A stretch of 64,000 nt of DNA from an uncultured Acidobacteriota bacterium (GTDB lineage: Bacteria; Acidobacteriota; Thermoanaerobaculia; Multivoradales; UBA5704). The position numbers and the translations under genes are program-made. The stretch covers positions 1,728,001 to 1,792,000 of the forward strand of contig CAVYRF010000002.1 in assembly GCA_963770895.1 (NCBI GenBank), in the 5' to 3' direction. Within the stretch, counting starts at the first letter, position 1, and the number at the start of each line of letters is the position of its first letter. This document shows, piece by piece, positions 38,601 to 45,079 of the stretch. The notes below the pieces were generated by a model, which saw only the letters and a list, made by a program, of their open reading frames with translations, did not search any database and had not been told where the DNA came from.

Positions 38601-41600
38601 TCGACCGGCGCTCCGACCGCCTGGCGCACCGCCTGCGCGCGCTGGGAGTGGGGCCCGAGGCGATCGTCGCCATCGCCATGGAGCGATCGGCCGCGATGGT
38701 GACGGTGCTGCTGGGCGTGCTCAAGGCCGGCGCCGCCTACCTGCCGCTCGACCCCGCCTATCCCGCCGCGCGGCTGGCGTTCATGCTGCGCGACAGCGGC
38801 TGCGGCCTGGTGCTGGCGGACGCGACGGCCGCGGCGCTGCCGCCGCACGACGCCCGCGTGCTGGACCTGGCGCAGGCCTGGGACGCCGACGAAACCCTGG
38901 TGGCGGCGCGCCCGGCCGCGCTGCCGGCGCCGGCGCCGGCGCCGGACAGCCTGGCCTACCTGCTGTACACCTCCGGCTCGACCGGCATGCCGAAGGGTGT
39001 GCAGGTGCCACACCGCGCGCTTGCCAACTTTCTGCGCGCGATGCTGCGCGAGCCGGGCCTCGGCGCGCGCGACCGCCTGCTCGCGGTCACCTCGCTGTCG
39101 TTCGACATCGCCGGCCTGGAGCTCTTCCTGCCGCTCGCCGCCGGCGGCTGCGTCCACGTGGCCAGCGCCGCCGAAGCCGCCGACGGGCATCTTCTGGCCC
39201 AGCGCATCGCCGCCAGCGCCATCGACGTGCTGCAGGCGACCCCCGCGACCTGGCGCATGCTGCTGGCCGCCGGGTGGCGGGGCGGCGGTGGTTTCCGCGC
39301 CCTGTGTGGCGGCGAGGCGCTGCCACCCGACCTGGCGGCGGCGCTGCTGGCGCGGGCCGGCGAGCTGTGGAACCTCTACGGCCCCACCGAGACGACCATC
39401 TGGTCGGCGGTGTGCCGCGTCGGCGGCGACGGCGTGCACCTGGGTCGGCCGATCGCCGACACGGCGTTGCACGTGCTGGATCGCGACCGCCGGCCGGCGC
39501 CGTTCGGCGCGCCGGGCGAGCTGTGGATCGGCGGCGCCGGGCTGGCGCGCGGCTACCTGGGACGGCCCGAGCTGACGGCGGAGCGCTTCGCGCCCGACCC
39601 GTTCGCCGGCGCCGGCGCGCCGGGCGGGCGCCTGTACCGCACCGGCGACCTGGTGCGCCGCACCGCCGGCGGGCGCCTGGAGTTCCTGGGGCGCGTCGAT
39701 CACCAGGTCAAGCTGCGCGGCTTCCGCATCGAGCTGGGCGAGATCGAGGCGGTGCTGCTGAGCCACCCGGCGGTGGGTCAGGCGGTGGTGGTGCTGCGCG
39801 GCGATCAGGGAGGCCTCTCGGGCCGGCCGCGGTTGCCGAGCGGCGGCGGCGAGCCGTACCTGGCCGGCTACGTGGTGCCGGCGGTTCCCGCGTCGCCGCC
39901 GGGTCCCGCCGAGCTGCGCGCCTGGCTGGCGGAGCGCCTGCCCCGGCACCTGGTGCCGCAGGTGATGATGACGCTGGACGCCCTGCCGCTCACCCCCAAC
40001 GCCAAGGTCGACCGCCTGGCGCTGCCGGCTCCCCGGCGCGCCGCCGCGGGCCAGCCGGAGCCGCCGCGGGGGCCGCTCGAAGAGCTGCTGGCCGACGTCT
40101 GGGGCGAGCTTCTGGGGCTCGACCAGGTGGCGCGGGACGACGATTTCTTCGCCCTGGGCGGGCACTCGCTCCTGGCGGTGCGGGTGGTGGCGCGCCTGCG
40201 CCAGGGCCTGGGCGTCGAGCTGCCGGTGCGCGCCGTGTTCGAGGCTCCGGCGTTGCAGGCCCTGGCGCGGCGGGTCGAGGGCGCGCTGGGCGGCGTCGAC
40301 GTGGCGGCGGCGCCGCCGCTGGCGCCGCGGCCCTGCCTGGACGCGCCGCCGCCGCCGCTCTCCTTCGCGCAGGAGCGGCTGTGGTTCCTCGACCGGCTCG
40401 ATCCGGCGAGCGCCAGCTACAACGTGTCGGCGGCCGTGCGCCTGACCGGCGCGCTCGACCCGGCGGTGCTGCGCCGCTGCCTGGACCAGGTGGTGCGGCG
40501 GCACGAGGCGCTGCGCACCACCTTCGACCTGTGCGGCGAAGCGCCCTGCCAGGTGGTGCATCCGGCCGCGCCGGTGGCGTTTGCCCGGGTCGACCTGCCG
40601 GCGACGCCCCGTGCTGCCAACGCCGCCGACGCCGCCGCCGCTGCCGACGCCGCCGACGCCGCCGGCGAAGCGGAGGTCGCGCGCCTGCTCGCCGCGGCGG
40701 CCCGCCGGCCGTTCGACCTGCGGCGCGGGTCGCAAGATCCGGCGACTGCCGGCGGGCTACCGCGGCCTGCCGGCCTGCTGCGCGCGCTGGTGCTGCGCCG
40801 CACGGAGCGGGACTGGGTGCTGCTCCTGACGCTCCACCACATCGTCGCCGACGGCTGGTCGATGGGCGTTCTGGTCGGCGAGCTGGCGGCCCTCTACCGC
40901 GCCTATGCCGCGGGCGAGCCTTCGCCGCTCGCCGAGCTGCCGGTGCAGTACGCCGACTTCGCGGTGTGGCAGCGGACCGCCATGGCCGGCGAGCGCCTGG
41001 CCGCCGAGCTCGCCTTCTGGCGGCAGCAGCTGGCGGGAGCGCCGGTCCTGCTGCCGCTCCCGGCCGACCGGCCGCGGCCGGCGGTGCGCAGCCAGCGCGG
41101 CCGGCGGGTGGCGCTGCGCCTGGCGCCGGCGCAGCTTGCCGGAGTGCAGGCGATGGGCCGCCGCCATGGCGCGACGCTCTTCATGTCGCTGCTCGCGGCC
41201 TGGCAGCTGCTCCTGGGCCGCACCGGCGGCGCCGCCGACTTGCTGCTCGGCTCGCCGGTCGCCAACCGCCAGCGGCGCGAAACCGAAGGCATGATCGGCT
41301 TCTTCGCCAACACCCTGGTGCTGCGCGCCCGGTTGGCGGACGGCCCCTTCGCCGACCTCCTGGAGCAGACGCGCGCCACCGCGCTCGCGGCCTTCGCGCA
41401 CCAGGACCTGCCGTTCGAAAAGCTGGTGGCCGAGCTGGCCCCCGAGCGCAGCCTGACCGCCAACCCGCTGGTGCAGGCCGTCATCGCGATGCAGGACGTC
41501 CCGCTGCCTGACTGCGACCTGGGCGGCCTGCGCCTGGAGCCGCTGCCGCTGCCGGGAAACACCGCCAAGTTCGACCTCACCCTGATGCTGGCTCCCCTGG

Positions 41601-44600
41601 CTCCCCTGGCTCCCCTGGCGCCCCTGGCGCCCGACGGCGCCGGGCTCGCCGGCGCCCTGGAATACGCCTGCGACCTCTTCGACCACACCACCGCGGCGCG
41701 GCTGGCCGCCAGCTTCGTCACGCTGCTCACCGCGCTGGCCGGCGGTGCGGTGGCGCAAACCCCCATCGCCGAGCTGCCGCTGTTGTCGGCGGCCGAGCTG
41801 CAGCAGCTGCGGGAGTGGCGCGGCGAAGCCGTGCTTCCGGCGGCGCCGGAGGCGGGGCGCGAGACGATCGCGTCGCTGTTCGCGGCGCAGGCGGCGCGCA
41901 CGCCGGATGCGGTGGCGGTGACCGCGGCGGGCGGGGGCGATGTCGGCGATGTTGGCGATGTCCGCAGCGAGGCGGTGACCTACGGCGAGCTGCGCCGGCG
42001 GGCGGGGGCCCTGGCGGATCGGCTGCGGGCTGCCGGGGTGGGGCCGGAGGTGCCGGTGGGTCTGCTGGCCCAACGGTCGGTGGGGATGGTGGTGGCGACG
42101 CTCGCGGTGCTGGAGGCGGGCGGCGCCTACGTGCCGCTCGACCCCGCGGCGCCGCCGGCGCGGCTGGCGCGGCTGCTGGCCGAAGTGAGCCTGCCGGTGA
42201 TCGTCGCCCAGCGGCACCTGGCAGCCGGCCTGCCCGCCGCCGCGGGGATGGTGGTGGAGATCGACGCCGGCGGCCTGGCGGTTTCGCCGGCGGCTCCCCC
42301 GCGTCCACGCCCCGCCGCGCCGCCGGCTTGGTGCGAGCCGGACGGGCTGGCATACGTGATGTTCACGTCGGGTTCGACGGGTACGCCCAAGGGCGTGGCG
42401 GTGACGCACCGCGGTGTGGTGCGCCTGGTGCGGCGGACGTCGTACGCGCGGTTCGGTGCGGACCAGGTGTTTTTGCAGCTGGCGCCGATCGGCTTCGACG
42501 CGGCGACGTTCGAGATCTGGGGAGCGCTGCTCAACGGCGGCCGTCTGGTGCTGGCGCCGCCGGGACCGGTTTCGACGTCGGAGCTGGGGGAGCTGCTGGC
42601 GCGCCAGGGGGTGACGACGCTGTGGCTGACGGCGGGTCTGTTCCACGAGATGGTGGAGCAGAACCTGCCAGGTCTGCGTCCTGTGCGTCAGCTGCTGGCG
42701 GGCGGCGACGCGCTGTCGCCGGCGCTGGTGTCACGGGCATTATCCGGCCTGCCGGGGACGCGGCTGATCAACGGCTACGGTCCGACGGAAGGGACGACGT
42801 TCAGCTGCTGCGCCACGGTCACCGCCGAGTCGGTGGGAGCGACGGTGCCGATCGGGCGCCCGATCGCCGGCACGGAGGTGGCGGTGGTGACGGGTGAGGA
42901 CCAGCCGGCGGGGGTGGGTGTGCTGGGCGAGCTGGTGGTGGGCGGGCAGGGCCTGGCGCGGTGCTACTGGGGCCGTCCGGAGCTGACAGCGGAGCGATTC
43001 CGGCCGGACGCGGGCGGCCCTTCCGGCGGCCGGGTGTACCGGACGGGGGACCGGGTGCGTTGGCTTGCCGGCGGCAGCCTGGAGTTTGCCGGCCGTCTGG
43101 ACCGGCAGGTGAAGATCCGCGGCTATCGCATCGAGCCGGGCGAGATCGAGGCGGCGCTGCGTTCGCACCCGCGGGTGACGCAGGCGGCGGTCGTGGTGCG
43201 CGCTGCCGGCGACGGAGGCGACAAGCGGCTGGTGGCGTACGTGGCGGGGGCGGAGGGGGACGACCTGCGCGGTTACCTTCAGGAGCGCCTGCCGGCCTAC
43301 ATGGTGCCGGCGGCGTGGGTCCGCCTGGCGTCGCTCCCCCTCACCGCCAACGGCAAGGTGGACCGCGCCGCCCTGCCCGAGCCGGCGGCCGGCGTAAGAA
43401 CGGCCGCCGCCGCTCTTGAACCGCTGCGCGCCAGCGAAGAGATCGTCGCGGCGATCTGGTGCGAGCTGCTCGGAGTGTCGCGCGTCGGCCGCCGCGACGA
43501 CTTCTTCGACCTGGGAGGCCACTCGCTGCTCGCCACGCGGCTGGTGTCGCGCCTGCGCAGCCACTTCTCGGTCGAGCTGCCGCTGCGCGCCGCGTTCGAG
43601 GCTCCCACCCTGGCCGGGATGGCGGCGGCGGTCGAGGCGCTGCGCACCCAGCGCGCGGCCGGCGGCGCGATGGAGCGGCTGCCCCGCCCCGAGCGGCTGC
43701 CGCTGTCCCACGCCCAGGAGCGGGTGTGGTTCCTGTACCGCGTCGATCCGCTGAGCACCGCGTTCAACATCGGCGGCGCCGTGGAGCTGACCGGCGCCCT
43801 GGACGTCGGCGCGCTGCGCGCCGGCGTGGACACCGTCGTCGGGCGCCACGAGATGCTGCGCACCAGCTTCCACGAGCTGGACGGCGAGCCGGTGCAGGTG
43901 GTCGCGCCGGCGGCGCCGCAGCCCCTGCCGCTGGTCGACCTGAGCGCCCTTGCCGAGCCGCGGCGCGAGCTGGAGCGGCTGGCCGCCGCCGAGCGGCGCC
44001 GCCCGTTCGACCTGTCCGGCGGGCGCCTGCTGCGCGTGCACCTGCTGCGCCTGGCGGCGCGGCACCACGTGGCGCTGCTCTTCCTGCACCACATCGCCGG
44101 CGACGGCTGGTCGATGGCCATCCTGGAGCGCGAGCTGGGCGACCTCTACGAGCTCTTCGCCTGCCGCGCCACCGTCGCCACCAACGCGCCGCCGCCGGCC
44201 GCGCCGGCCGCGCTCATCCTGCAGTACGCCGACTACGCGGTGTGGCAGCGCCGCTGGCTGGCCGGCGAAGAGCAGGACCGCCAGCTGGCCTACTGGCGGC
44301 GCCAGCTCGCCGGGCCGCTGCCGGTGCTGCAGCTGCCGATGCGCCGGCAGCGCCCCGAGACCCCCAACCTGGTCGGCGCCAGCGAGCGCCTGCGCGTGCC
44401 GCGCCGCGAAGCCGCGGCGCTCAACGAGCTCAGCCGCCGCGAGGGCGTGACCCTGTTCATGACCCTGCTGGCGGCGTTCAAGACGCTGCTCTACAGCTAC
44501 ACCGGCCAGGACGACATCGTGGTCGGCACCAACGTCGCCAACCGCAACCGCACCGAGGTCGAGGGGCTCATCGGCTGCTTCATCAACAACCTGGCGCTGC

Positions 44601-45079
44601 GCACCGACCTGTCCGGCAACCCCACCTTCCGCGAGCTGCTGCGCCGCGTCCGCGACGTGGCGCTGGACGCCTACGCCCACCAGGACGTGGCGTTCGAAAA
44701 GGTGATCGCCGACCTGCAGCCGCGGCGGCAGGGCGGCTACTCGCCGGTCTTCCACGTGATGATGGTCTTTGAGAACTACCCCACGGCGCCGCGCCGGGTG
44801 GCGGAGCTGGAGATGGCGTCGCTGCCGCTGCCCACCGACGCCGCCAACTTCGAGCTCATGCTGGCGCTGGGCGAAGACCGCGACGGCTTGAGCGGCCGCC
44901 TCACCTACGACAGCGACCTGTTCGACGCCGCCACCATGACGCGGCTGGCGGCGGACTACGCGGCGCTGCTGGCGCAGGTCGCGGCCTCTCCCGACCTGGC
45001 GCTGGCCGGCTTCGCCCTGGCCCCCGACGCCGGCGACCGCGGCCTTGCCAACAGCTTCAACGAGGTGCTGGAGGCATGA
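23669..45079 (+). CDS. NRPS 1: (C-A-T)x6-C; predicted Ala, Ala-like, Val, Aad/Glu-like, Gly, Val
   Basis: Seven HHxxxD C motifs, six TSGSTGxPK A cores and six GGHSL carriers. Codes read by eye: DLFNNALTYK, DVFCNAITYK, DAFWLGGTFK, DPRHFVLRAK, DILQLGLIWK, DAFWLGGTFK. No E or TE domain. Start uncertain (23567, 23669 or TTG 23702). Confidence 0.95.
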   Translation: MTPQKHLPGGALRKDSTESIRREPFSSTSNQPRPRPADLPADLSQGERSLWFVHHLAPETGAYNIAAAARVCTAVDSGALEQAFQGLVDRHAALRTRFPELDGAPRRQVAAKARVAFVRQDVAALSRDQLRERLAEEAWRPFDLRRGPLLRVTLFEGDPHGPVLLLVVHHMVADFWSLAILVRELPALYGQAACGRPAELPPPGLPYEEHARAERETLASPRGPALLAFWRQQLAGLRTLDLPLDRPRPAVQTFRGDCVRLRLPGPLTEGLRAWSRRRHATPFMAFTAAFQTLLSRHAGQTDLAIGAPRAGRSQSQFAGTVGYFVNPVVLRGDLAGDPTFAQLLERTRTMVQAAFAHGDCPLPLLVEHLEPLRDASRTPLFQVSLVMQKETRGVAGLTAFALGEAGIEVGTDDLRLASLSLDRPPAPFDLQLHAVERQGSLSLALQHNADLFDRTTAARWLERLAALVAGVVADPERPLSALPLLSAAERHQLLREWNDSARPLPAAAPATLHGLFAAQAARTPNAVALVANSANAANAAADASSPAAARWTYGELDRWSDHLARRLASLGVGPEVRVGVCLPRTPLLVASLLAVLKAGGAYVPLLPDHPADRLDFLLRDSGAAVLLTERRLAARFPAAAGGATPRVKLLLVAPPRGRNQRRWRRAPAVGSGNLAYVMYTSGSTGSPKGVAIEHRSAVAFARWARMVFAPAELAGVLAATSIAFDLSVFELFVTLAWGGKVVLAADAFALPRLAAAGEVVLLNSVPSIVAELARQGALPRSVRTINLAGEPLKRSLVQTLRDASAASRVLNLYGPSETTTYSTWAPAPFDEGREPAIGRPIAGSRAVLLGRSGEPVPVGVPGELLLGGAGLARGYLNRPDLTAERFVPDPFPSAADGAAGGRLYRTGDLARWLPDGRLDYLGRIDAQIKLRGIRIEPGEIEHALGRHAAVRAAAVLLRDDLPGGAGLVAYVASSLAPPTPVSAPAMADELREHLRRLLPDAMVPSAFVILPSLPLTANGKLDVKALARLRPERAAARAADEADAAARGAAALSPGAELVAGIFAEVLGLAHVAAEESFFSLGGHSLLAMQAASRVQAVFGVELPVRALFEAPTAAGLARWIERAVTGAAAGAGAPEPPLTAGARPAPLPLSFAQERLWFLDRLAPGEAVYNVPGALRLRGDLAAGALAAALAQLAVRHEALRTVFVVPPGAARPVQCVLPASDPASAPAAPPVTEIDLGALTPAAAEREGRRLLEAEAGRPFDLSRGPLCRALLLRLPRRQPRESLLLVNLHHIVTDGWSLGVLFDDLAALLTAAPLPPLPVQYADYAVWQRRRMQGEPLARSLAAWRTLLAGAPPTLDLPLDLPRPPLQTFRGGVVEIDLPEEPSRDLRQLARREGATLFMTLLAGLGVVLSRYSAQAQVVIGTPVAGRPRRELERLIGLFVNTLALPVAVDEAEPFAALLARVRAAALVAYAHQQVPFERLVEELAPRRDLSRSPLFQVLLATAEEAPRPRLPGVEAERIPLHNGTAKFDLTVTLAAEPRLRGTIEYNRDLFDRATVRRLAGSLATLLGRVAAHPEQRLASAGMLSASEAWQLAGEWNAAASPAAALERTGTADPSDLYGVFARQAARSPRAEALVWGEQRLTYGELAARASGLAALLRRRGVGAETLVGLFLPRTPALVEAMLAVVAAGGAYVPLDPAHPRERLAHVLADSGAVLVLSDTALAGRLPPVTMPVVCLDALPPAAAPARSPARAGLPGAAAAARHPERLTHVIYTSGSTGRPKGVAVRQAGVLALVGWARAAFSVQDLAGVLAATPIGFDVSVFELWVTLCLGGRAILVENVLALADGSLAPAAAAAVTLICAVPSAMAELLRLGALPPAVRVVNLAGEALPRQLAARLTALPGMAAVYNIYGPTEDTTYSTWARVPARPAQAPPIGRPVAGSRAYLLDADLLPVPLGAMGELWLGGASLARGYWSQPALTAERFRPDPFAAARGERGARLYRTGDLARFRHDGALDYLGRRDHQVKVRGFRIELGEIEAVLQAHPRVAQAAVVARDDGRGDLRLVAYVAGAAGDDLRDYLRQRLPGYMVPAAFVLLAALPLTASGKVDRGALPEPTGSWGEVDGRRAHVPPRTPVEELVAGIWADLLGIEEIGAADDFFALGGHSLLATQLVSRLRAAFAVELPLRAVFANPTLAALAAAVDAARAASAGGEGEPGQAQAAGAGVVPVPRDGRALPLSFAQERLWFLDQLEPGGVAYSLPVAAWLAGPLRVPALAAALESVVGRHEALRTYLRMGVAAPEQVIVPPAPLALPVASVEALPAAVRQDAAMRLAAAAAARPFDLARGPRDPASAGGPPRPAGLLRVLLVRLDAERHLLVLNLHHVVSDGWSMGVLLREVAQGYAAYASGRRPALPELPVQYADYAIWQRQRLAGQVLDRQVAWWRQRLAGAPATLDLPADRRRGLLPVAIAAAATAAAAGEPGGSVPLALPVALEAALRGAAARGGVTVFMLLLAAFQALVARLAGQERVVVGSPIANRTRREIEGLIGFFVNTLPLPADLSGGPSVVDFLGQVRDTTLGAYAHQEVPLEKLVAELAPDRSLGRNPLFQVVLALQNAPLPAFDLGGLRLAPVALPTTTAKFDLTLALAPGASGLGGAAGMAGTLEYARALFDRATAGRLAASYLTLLAAMASALGAAEAPAARVAELPLLSAAELQQLREWRGEAELPVAPEAGRETIASLFAAQAARTPDAVAVAAAGGGDVSGVGDVRDVRSEAVTYGELRRRAGVLADRLRAAGVGPEVPVGLLAERSVGMVVATLAVLEAGGAYVPLDPAAPPARLARLLAEVSLPVIVAQRHLAAGLPAAAGLAGMVVEIDGGGIASSPAAPPRPRPAAPPAWCEPDGLAYVMFTSGSTGTPKGVAVTQRGVVRLVRRTSYARFGADQVFLQLAPIGFDAATFEIWGALLNGGRLVLAPPGPVSTSELGELLARQGVTTLWLTAGLFHEMVEQNLPGLRPVRQLLAGGDALSPALVSRALSGLPGTRLINGYGPTEGTTFSCCATVTAESVGATVPIGRPIAGTEVAVVTGEDQPAGVGVLGELVVGGQGLARCYWGRPELTAERFRPDAGGPSGGRVYRTGDRVRWLAGGSLEFAGRLDRQVKIRGYRIEPGEIEAALRSHPRVTQAAVVVRAAGDAAGAAAAAGDGGVGGGDKRLVAYVAGAEGDDLRGYLQERLPGYMVPAAWVRLASLPLTANGKVDRAALPEPAAADRGGERERFHVAPRTPVEELVAGIWADLLGIEQVGAGDDFFALGGHSLLATRLVSRLRAALAVELPLRAVFANPTLAGLAAAVEEARVLPAGGVDSARRGPAGAPLLPAPRDGAPLPLSFAQERLWFLDQMEPGTTAYNMPLQVELTGRLLPPALAAALAEVVRRHEALRTTFTAAGGTPRQHVAPAAGTFPLPLLDLAGLPAARREREAERLGREQAAVRFALDRGPLFTALLVRLGAERHRFLATLHHVIADGWSVSVLVRELAALYAAVRAGLPSPLPAPPIQYADFALWQRGWLAALEATELAYWESQLGGEVASVELPADRPRPAIQTYRGGRRRLALTPELTARLKGFGRAAGTTLFMTLLAAVKALLCRHSGEHDVPVGAPVAGRRWQETEALIGCFLNTLVLRTDLAGPPTFRELAARVRAVTLAAYSHQDVPFEAVLNRLRLARDLSRAPLFQVLFNMLNLPAWDASLPGLDLRILAVADTPSKFDLTFYVAEADAGVAIDLVYNADLFDEARMADVLAQLAQFLAQAVERPDEPIDRPSLATAAALALLPDPAAPLDAGWIGAVHELFAAQAERAPGRLAVADPDVEWTYGELLAGTRRVAGWLAGRGVRAGDPVAIFAHRSAPLVEAVVGALTAGAAFMVLDPAYPPARQVEMLDLGAPRAALALAAAGPLPPEVQSWLGAAGCACLELPAGGTAAVPALAGFGGFGAAAPPARVGPHDVACIGFTSGSTGGPKAIAGLHGPLSHFLPRHCQVFELGPDDRFSLLSGLAHDPLQRDIFTPLFLGAAIVVPDPADSGIAGRWARWMRRRGVTVAHLTPALGQLLAERPPDGELIEVPSLRRVFLVGEALTCRDVARLRAMAPAVTCLNLYGSTETQRAVGFHRVTAREAESDAARDKQVLPLGRGIDDVQLLIVNPAGRLAGIGEVGEIAVRSPHLARGYLRNPALSAERFQVNPFTGAPGDRVYRTGDLGRYRPDGEVLFAGRSDFQVKLRGFRIELGEVEAVLLRHPAVREAVVVLRGDLPGGSGLAANVVVHGASPESAESADDSTQALRAWLAHRLPAYMVPAAFVRLPAIPRTANGKVDRRALERIPLPHADQGAAAPAAGPRTPAEELLAGIWAQVLGRERIAAADSFFDLGGHSLLATRMTSRVQEVFGVELPLRRLFANPTLAALAADLAASARPVALAAAPGVPRLTRRLQHAGRGEGLPLSFAQQRLWFLDRLEPGPLYNMSSALRLTGALHTAALAAALQAIVARHQALRATFDGADGMPLQRVAPPHAVPLPVVDLAALPAACRDRELARGGAAGIARPFDLARGPLLRATLFRLGAGDHVLVIVVHHIAADGASIGIFARELSALYAGLVGGQPPSLPPLPVQYADYSVWQRDWLQGDRLAALLDAWRDRLAGAPAGLELPTDRPRPAVQSFRGASLPVELAPPAVRGLRALARGHGTTLFMALLAAFQVLLHRLSGQDDLVVGSPIAGRNQVAIEGLIGLFANTLALRSRLDGRPAFRQVLAQARDTVLDAHALQDLPFERLVEELRPERDLGRSPLFSAMLVLQDPAAGLPELPGLAVTPVALAPATARFDLLLSLAETGERLAGRVEIAADLFDRATAKRWLAALAALVEAAAADPGCAAGDLPLLSAAERFALCTEWNDSAALSAGSAGSAAPTTLPQLFAQHAARTPLAPACADAHVRLTYGELDRRSDRLAHRLRALGVGPEAIVAIAMERSAAMVTVLLGVLKAGAAYLPLDPAYPAARLAFMLRDSGCGLVLADATAAALPPHDARVLDLAQAWDADETLVAARPAALPAPAPAPDSLAYLLYTSGSTGMPKGVQVPHRALANFLRAMLREPGLGARDRLLAVTSLSFDIAGLELFLPLAAGGCVHVASAAEAADGHLLAQRIAASAIDVLQATPATWRMLLAAGWRGGGGFRALCGGEALPPDLAAALLARAGELWNLYGPTETTIWSAVCRVGGDGVHLGRPIADTALHVLDRDRRPAPFGAPGELWIGGAGLARGYLGRPELTAERFAPDPFAGAGAPGGRLYRTGDLVRRTAGGRLEFLGRVDHQVKLRGFRIELGEIEAVLLSHPAVGQAVVVLRGDQGGLSGRPRLPSGGGEPYLAGYVVPAVPASPPGPAELRAWLAERLPRHLVPQVMMTLDALPLTPNAKVDRLALPAPRRAAAGQPEPPRGPLEELLADVWGELLGLDQVARDDDFFALGGHSLLAVRVVARLRQGLGVELPVRAVFEAPALQALARRVEGALGGVDVAAAPPLAPRPCLDAPPPPLSFAQERLWFLDRLDPASASYNVSAAVRLTGALDPAVLRRCLDQVVRRHEALRTTFDLCGEAPCQVVHPAAPVAFARVDLPATPRAANAADAAAAADAADAAGEAEVARLLAAAARRPFDLRRGSQDPATAGGLPRPAGLLRALVLRRTERDWVLLLTLHHIVADGWSMGVLVGELAALYRAYAAGEPSPLAELPVQYADFAVWQRTAMAGERLAAELAFWRQQLAGAPVLLPLPADRPRPAVRSQRGRRVALRLAPAQLAGVQAMGRRHGATLFMSLLAAWQLLLGRTGGAADLLLGSPVANRQRRETEGMIGFFANTLVLRARLADGPFADLLEQTRATALAAFAHQDLPFEKLVAELAPERSLTANPLVQAVIAMQDVPLPDCDLGGLRLEPLPLPGNTAKFDLTLMLAPLAPLAPLAPLAPDGAGLAGALEYACDLFDHTTAARLAASFVTLLTALAGGAVAQTPIAELPLLSAAELQQLREWRGEAVLPAAPEAGRETIASLFAAQAARTPDAVAVTAAGGGDVGDVGDVRSEAVTYGELRRRAGALADRLRAAGVGPEVPVGLLAQRSVGMVVATLAVLEAGGAYVPLDPAAPPARLARLLAEVSLPVIVAQRHLAAGLPAAAGMVVEIDAGGLAVSPAAPPRPRPAAPPAWCEPDGLAYVMFTSGSTGTPKGVAVTHRGVVRLVRRTSYARFGADQVFLQLAPIGFDAATFEIWGALLNGGRLVLAPPGPVSTSELGELLARQGVTTLWLTAGLFHEMVEQNLPGLRPVRQLLAGGDALSPALVSRALSGLPGTRLINGYGPTEGTTFSCCATVTAESVGATVPIGRPIAGTEVAVVTGEDQPAGVGVLGELVVGGQGLARCYWGRPELTAERFRPDAGGPSGGRVYRTGDRVRWLAGGSLEFAGRLDRQVKIRGYRIEPGEIEAALRSHPRVTQAAVVVRAAGDGGDKRLVAYVAGAEGDDLRGYLQERLPAYMVPAAWVRLASLPLTANGKVDRAALPEPAAGVRTAAAALEPLRASEEIVAAIWCELLGVSRVGRRDDFFDLGGHSLLATRLVSRLRSHFSVELPLRAAFEAPTLAGMAAAVEALRTQRAAGGAMERLPRPERLPLSHAQERVWFLYRVDPLSTAFNIGGAVELTGALDVGALRAGVDTVVGRHEMLRTSFHELDGEPVQVVAPAAPQPLPLVDLSALAEPRRELERLAAAERRRPFDLSGGRLLRVHLLRLAARHHVALLFLHHIAGDGWSMAILERELGDLYELFACRATVATNAPPPAAPAALILQYADYAVWQRRWLAGEEQDRQLAYWRRQLAGPLPVLQLPMRRQRPETPNLVGASERLRVPRREAAALNELSRREGVTLFMTLLAAFKTLLYSYTGQDDIVVGTNVANRNRTEVEGLIGCFINNLALRTDLSGNPTFRELLRRVRDVALDAYAHQDVAFEKVIADLQPRRQGGYSPVFHVMMVFENYPTAPRRVAELEMASLPLPTDAANFELMLALGEDRDGLSGRLTYDSDLFDAATMTRLAADYAALLAQVAASPDLALAGFALAPDAGDRGLANSFNEVLEA
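30056..30279 (+). repeat. Carrier-domain repeat, copy 1 (module 2)
   Basis: Near-identical DNA to 33494-33717. Confidence 0.8.
31784..33456 (+). repeat. Val A-domain duplication, copy 1 (module 3)
   Basis: Near-identical DNA to 41771-43383 apart from a few substitutions and short in-frame indels. Confidence 0.92.
33494..33717 (+). repeat. Carrier-domain repeat, copy 2 (module 3)
   Basis: Near-identical DNA to 30056-30279. Confidence 0.8.
41588..41632 (+). repeat. In-frame 9-bp tandem repeat (CTGGCTCCC x3 + CTGGCGCCC x2; Leu-Ala-Pro)
   Basis: Read directly from the sequence. Confidence 0.85.
41771..43383 (+). repeat. Val A-domain duplication, copy 2 (module 6)
   Basis: Near-identical DNA to 31784-33456. 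Confidence 0.92.
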
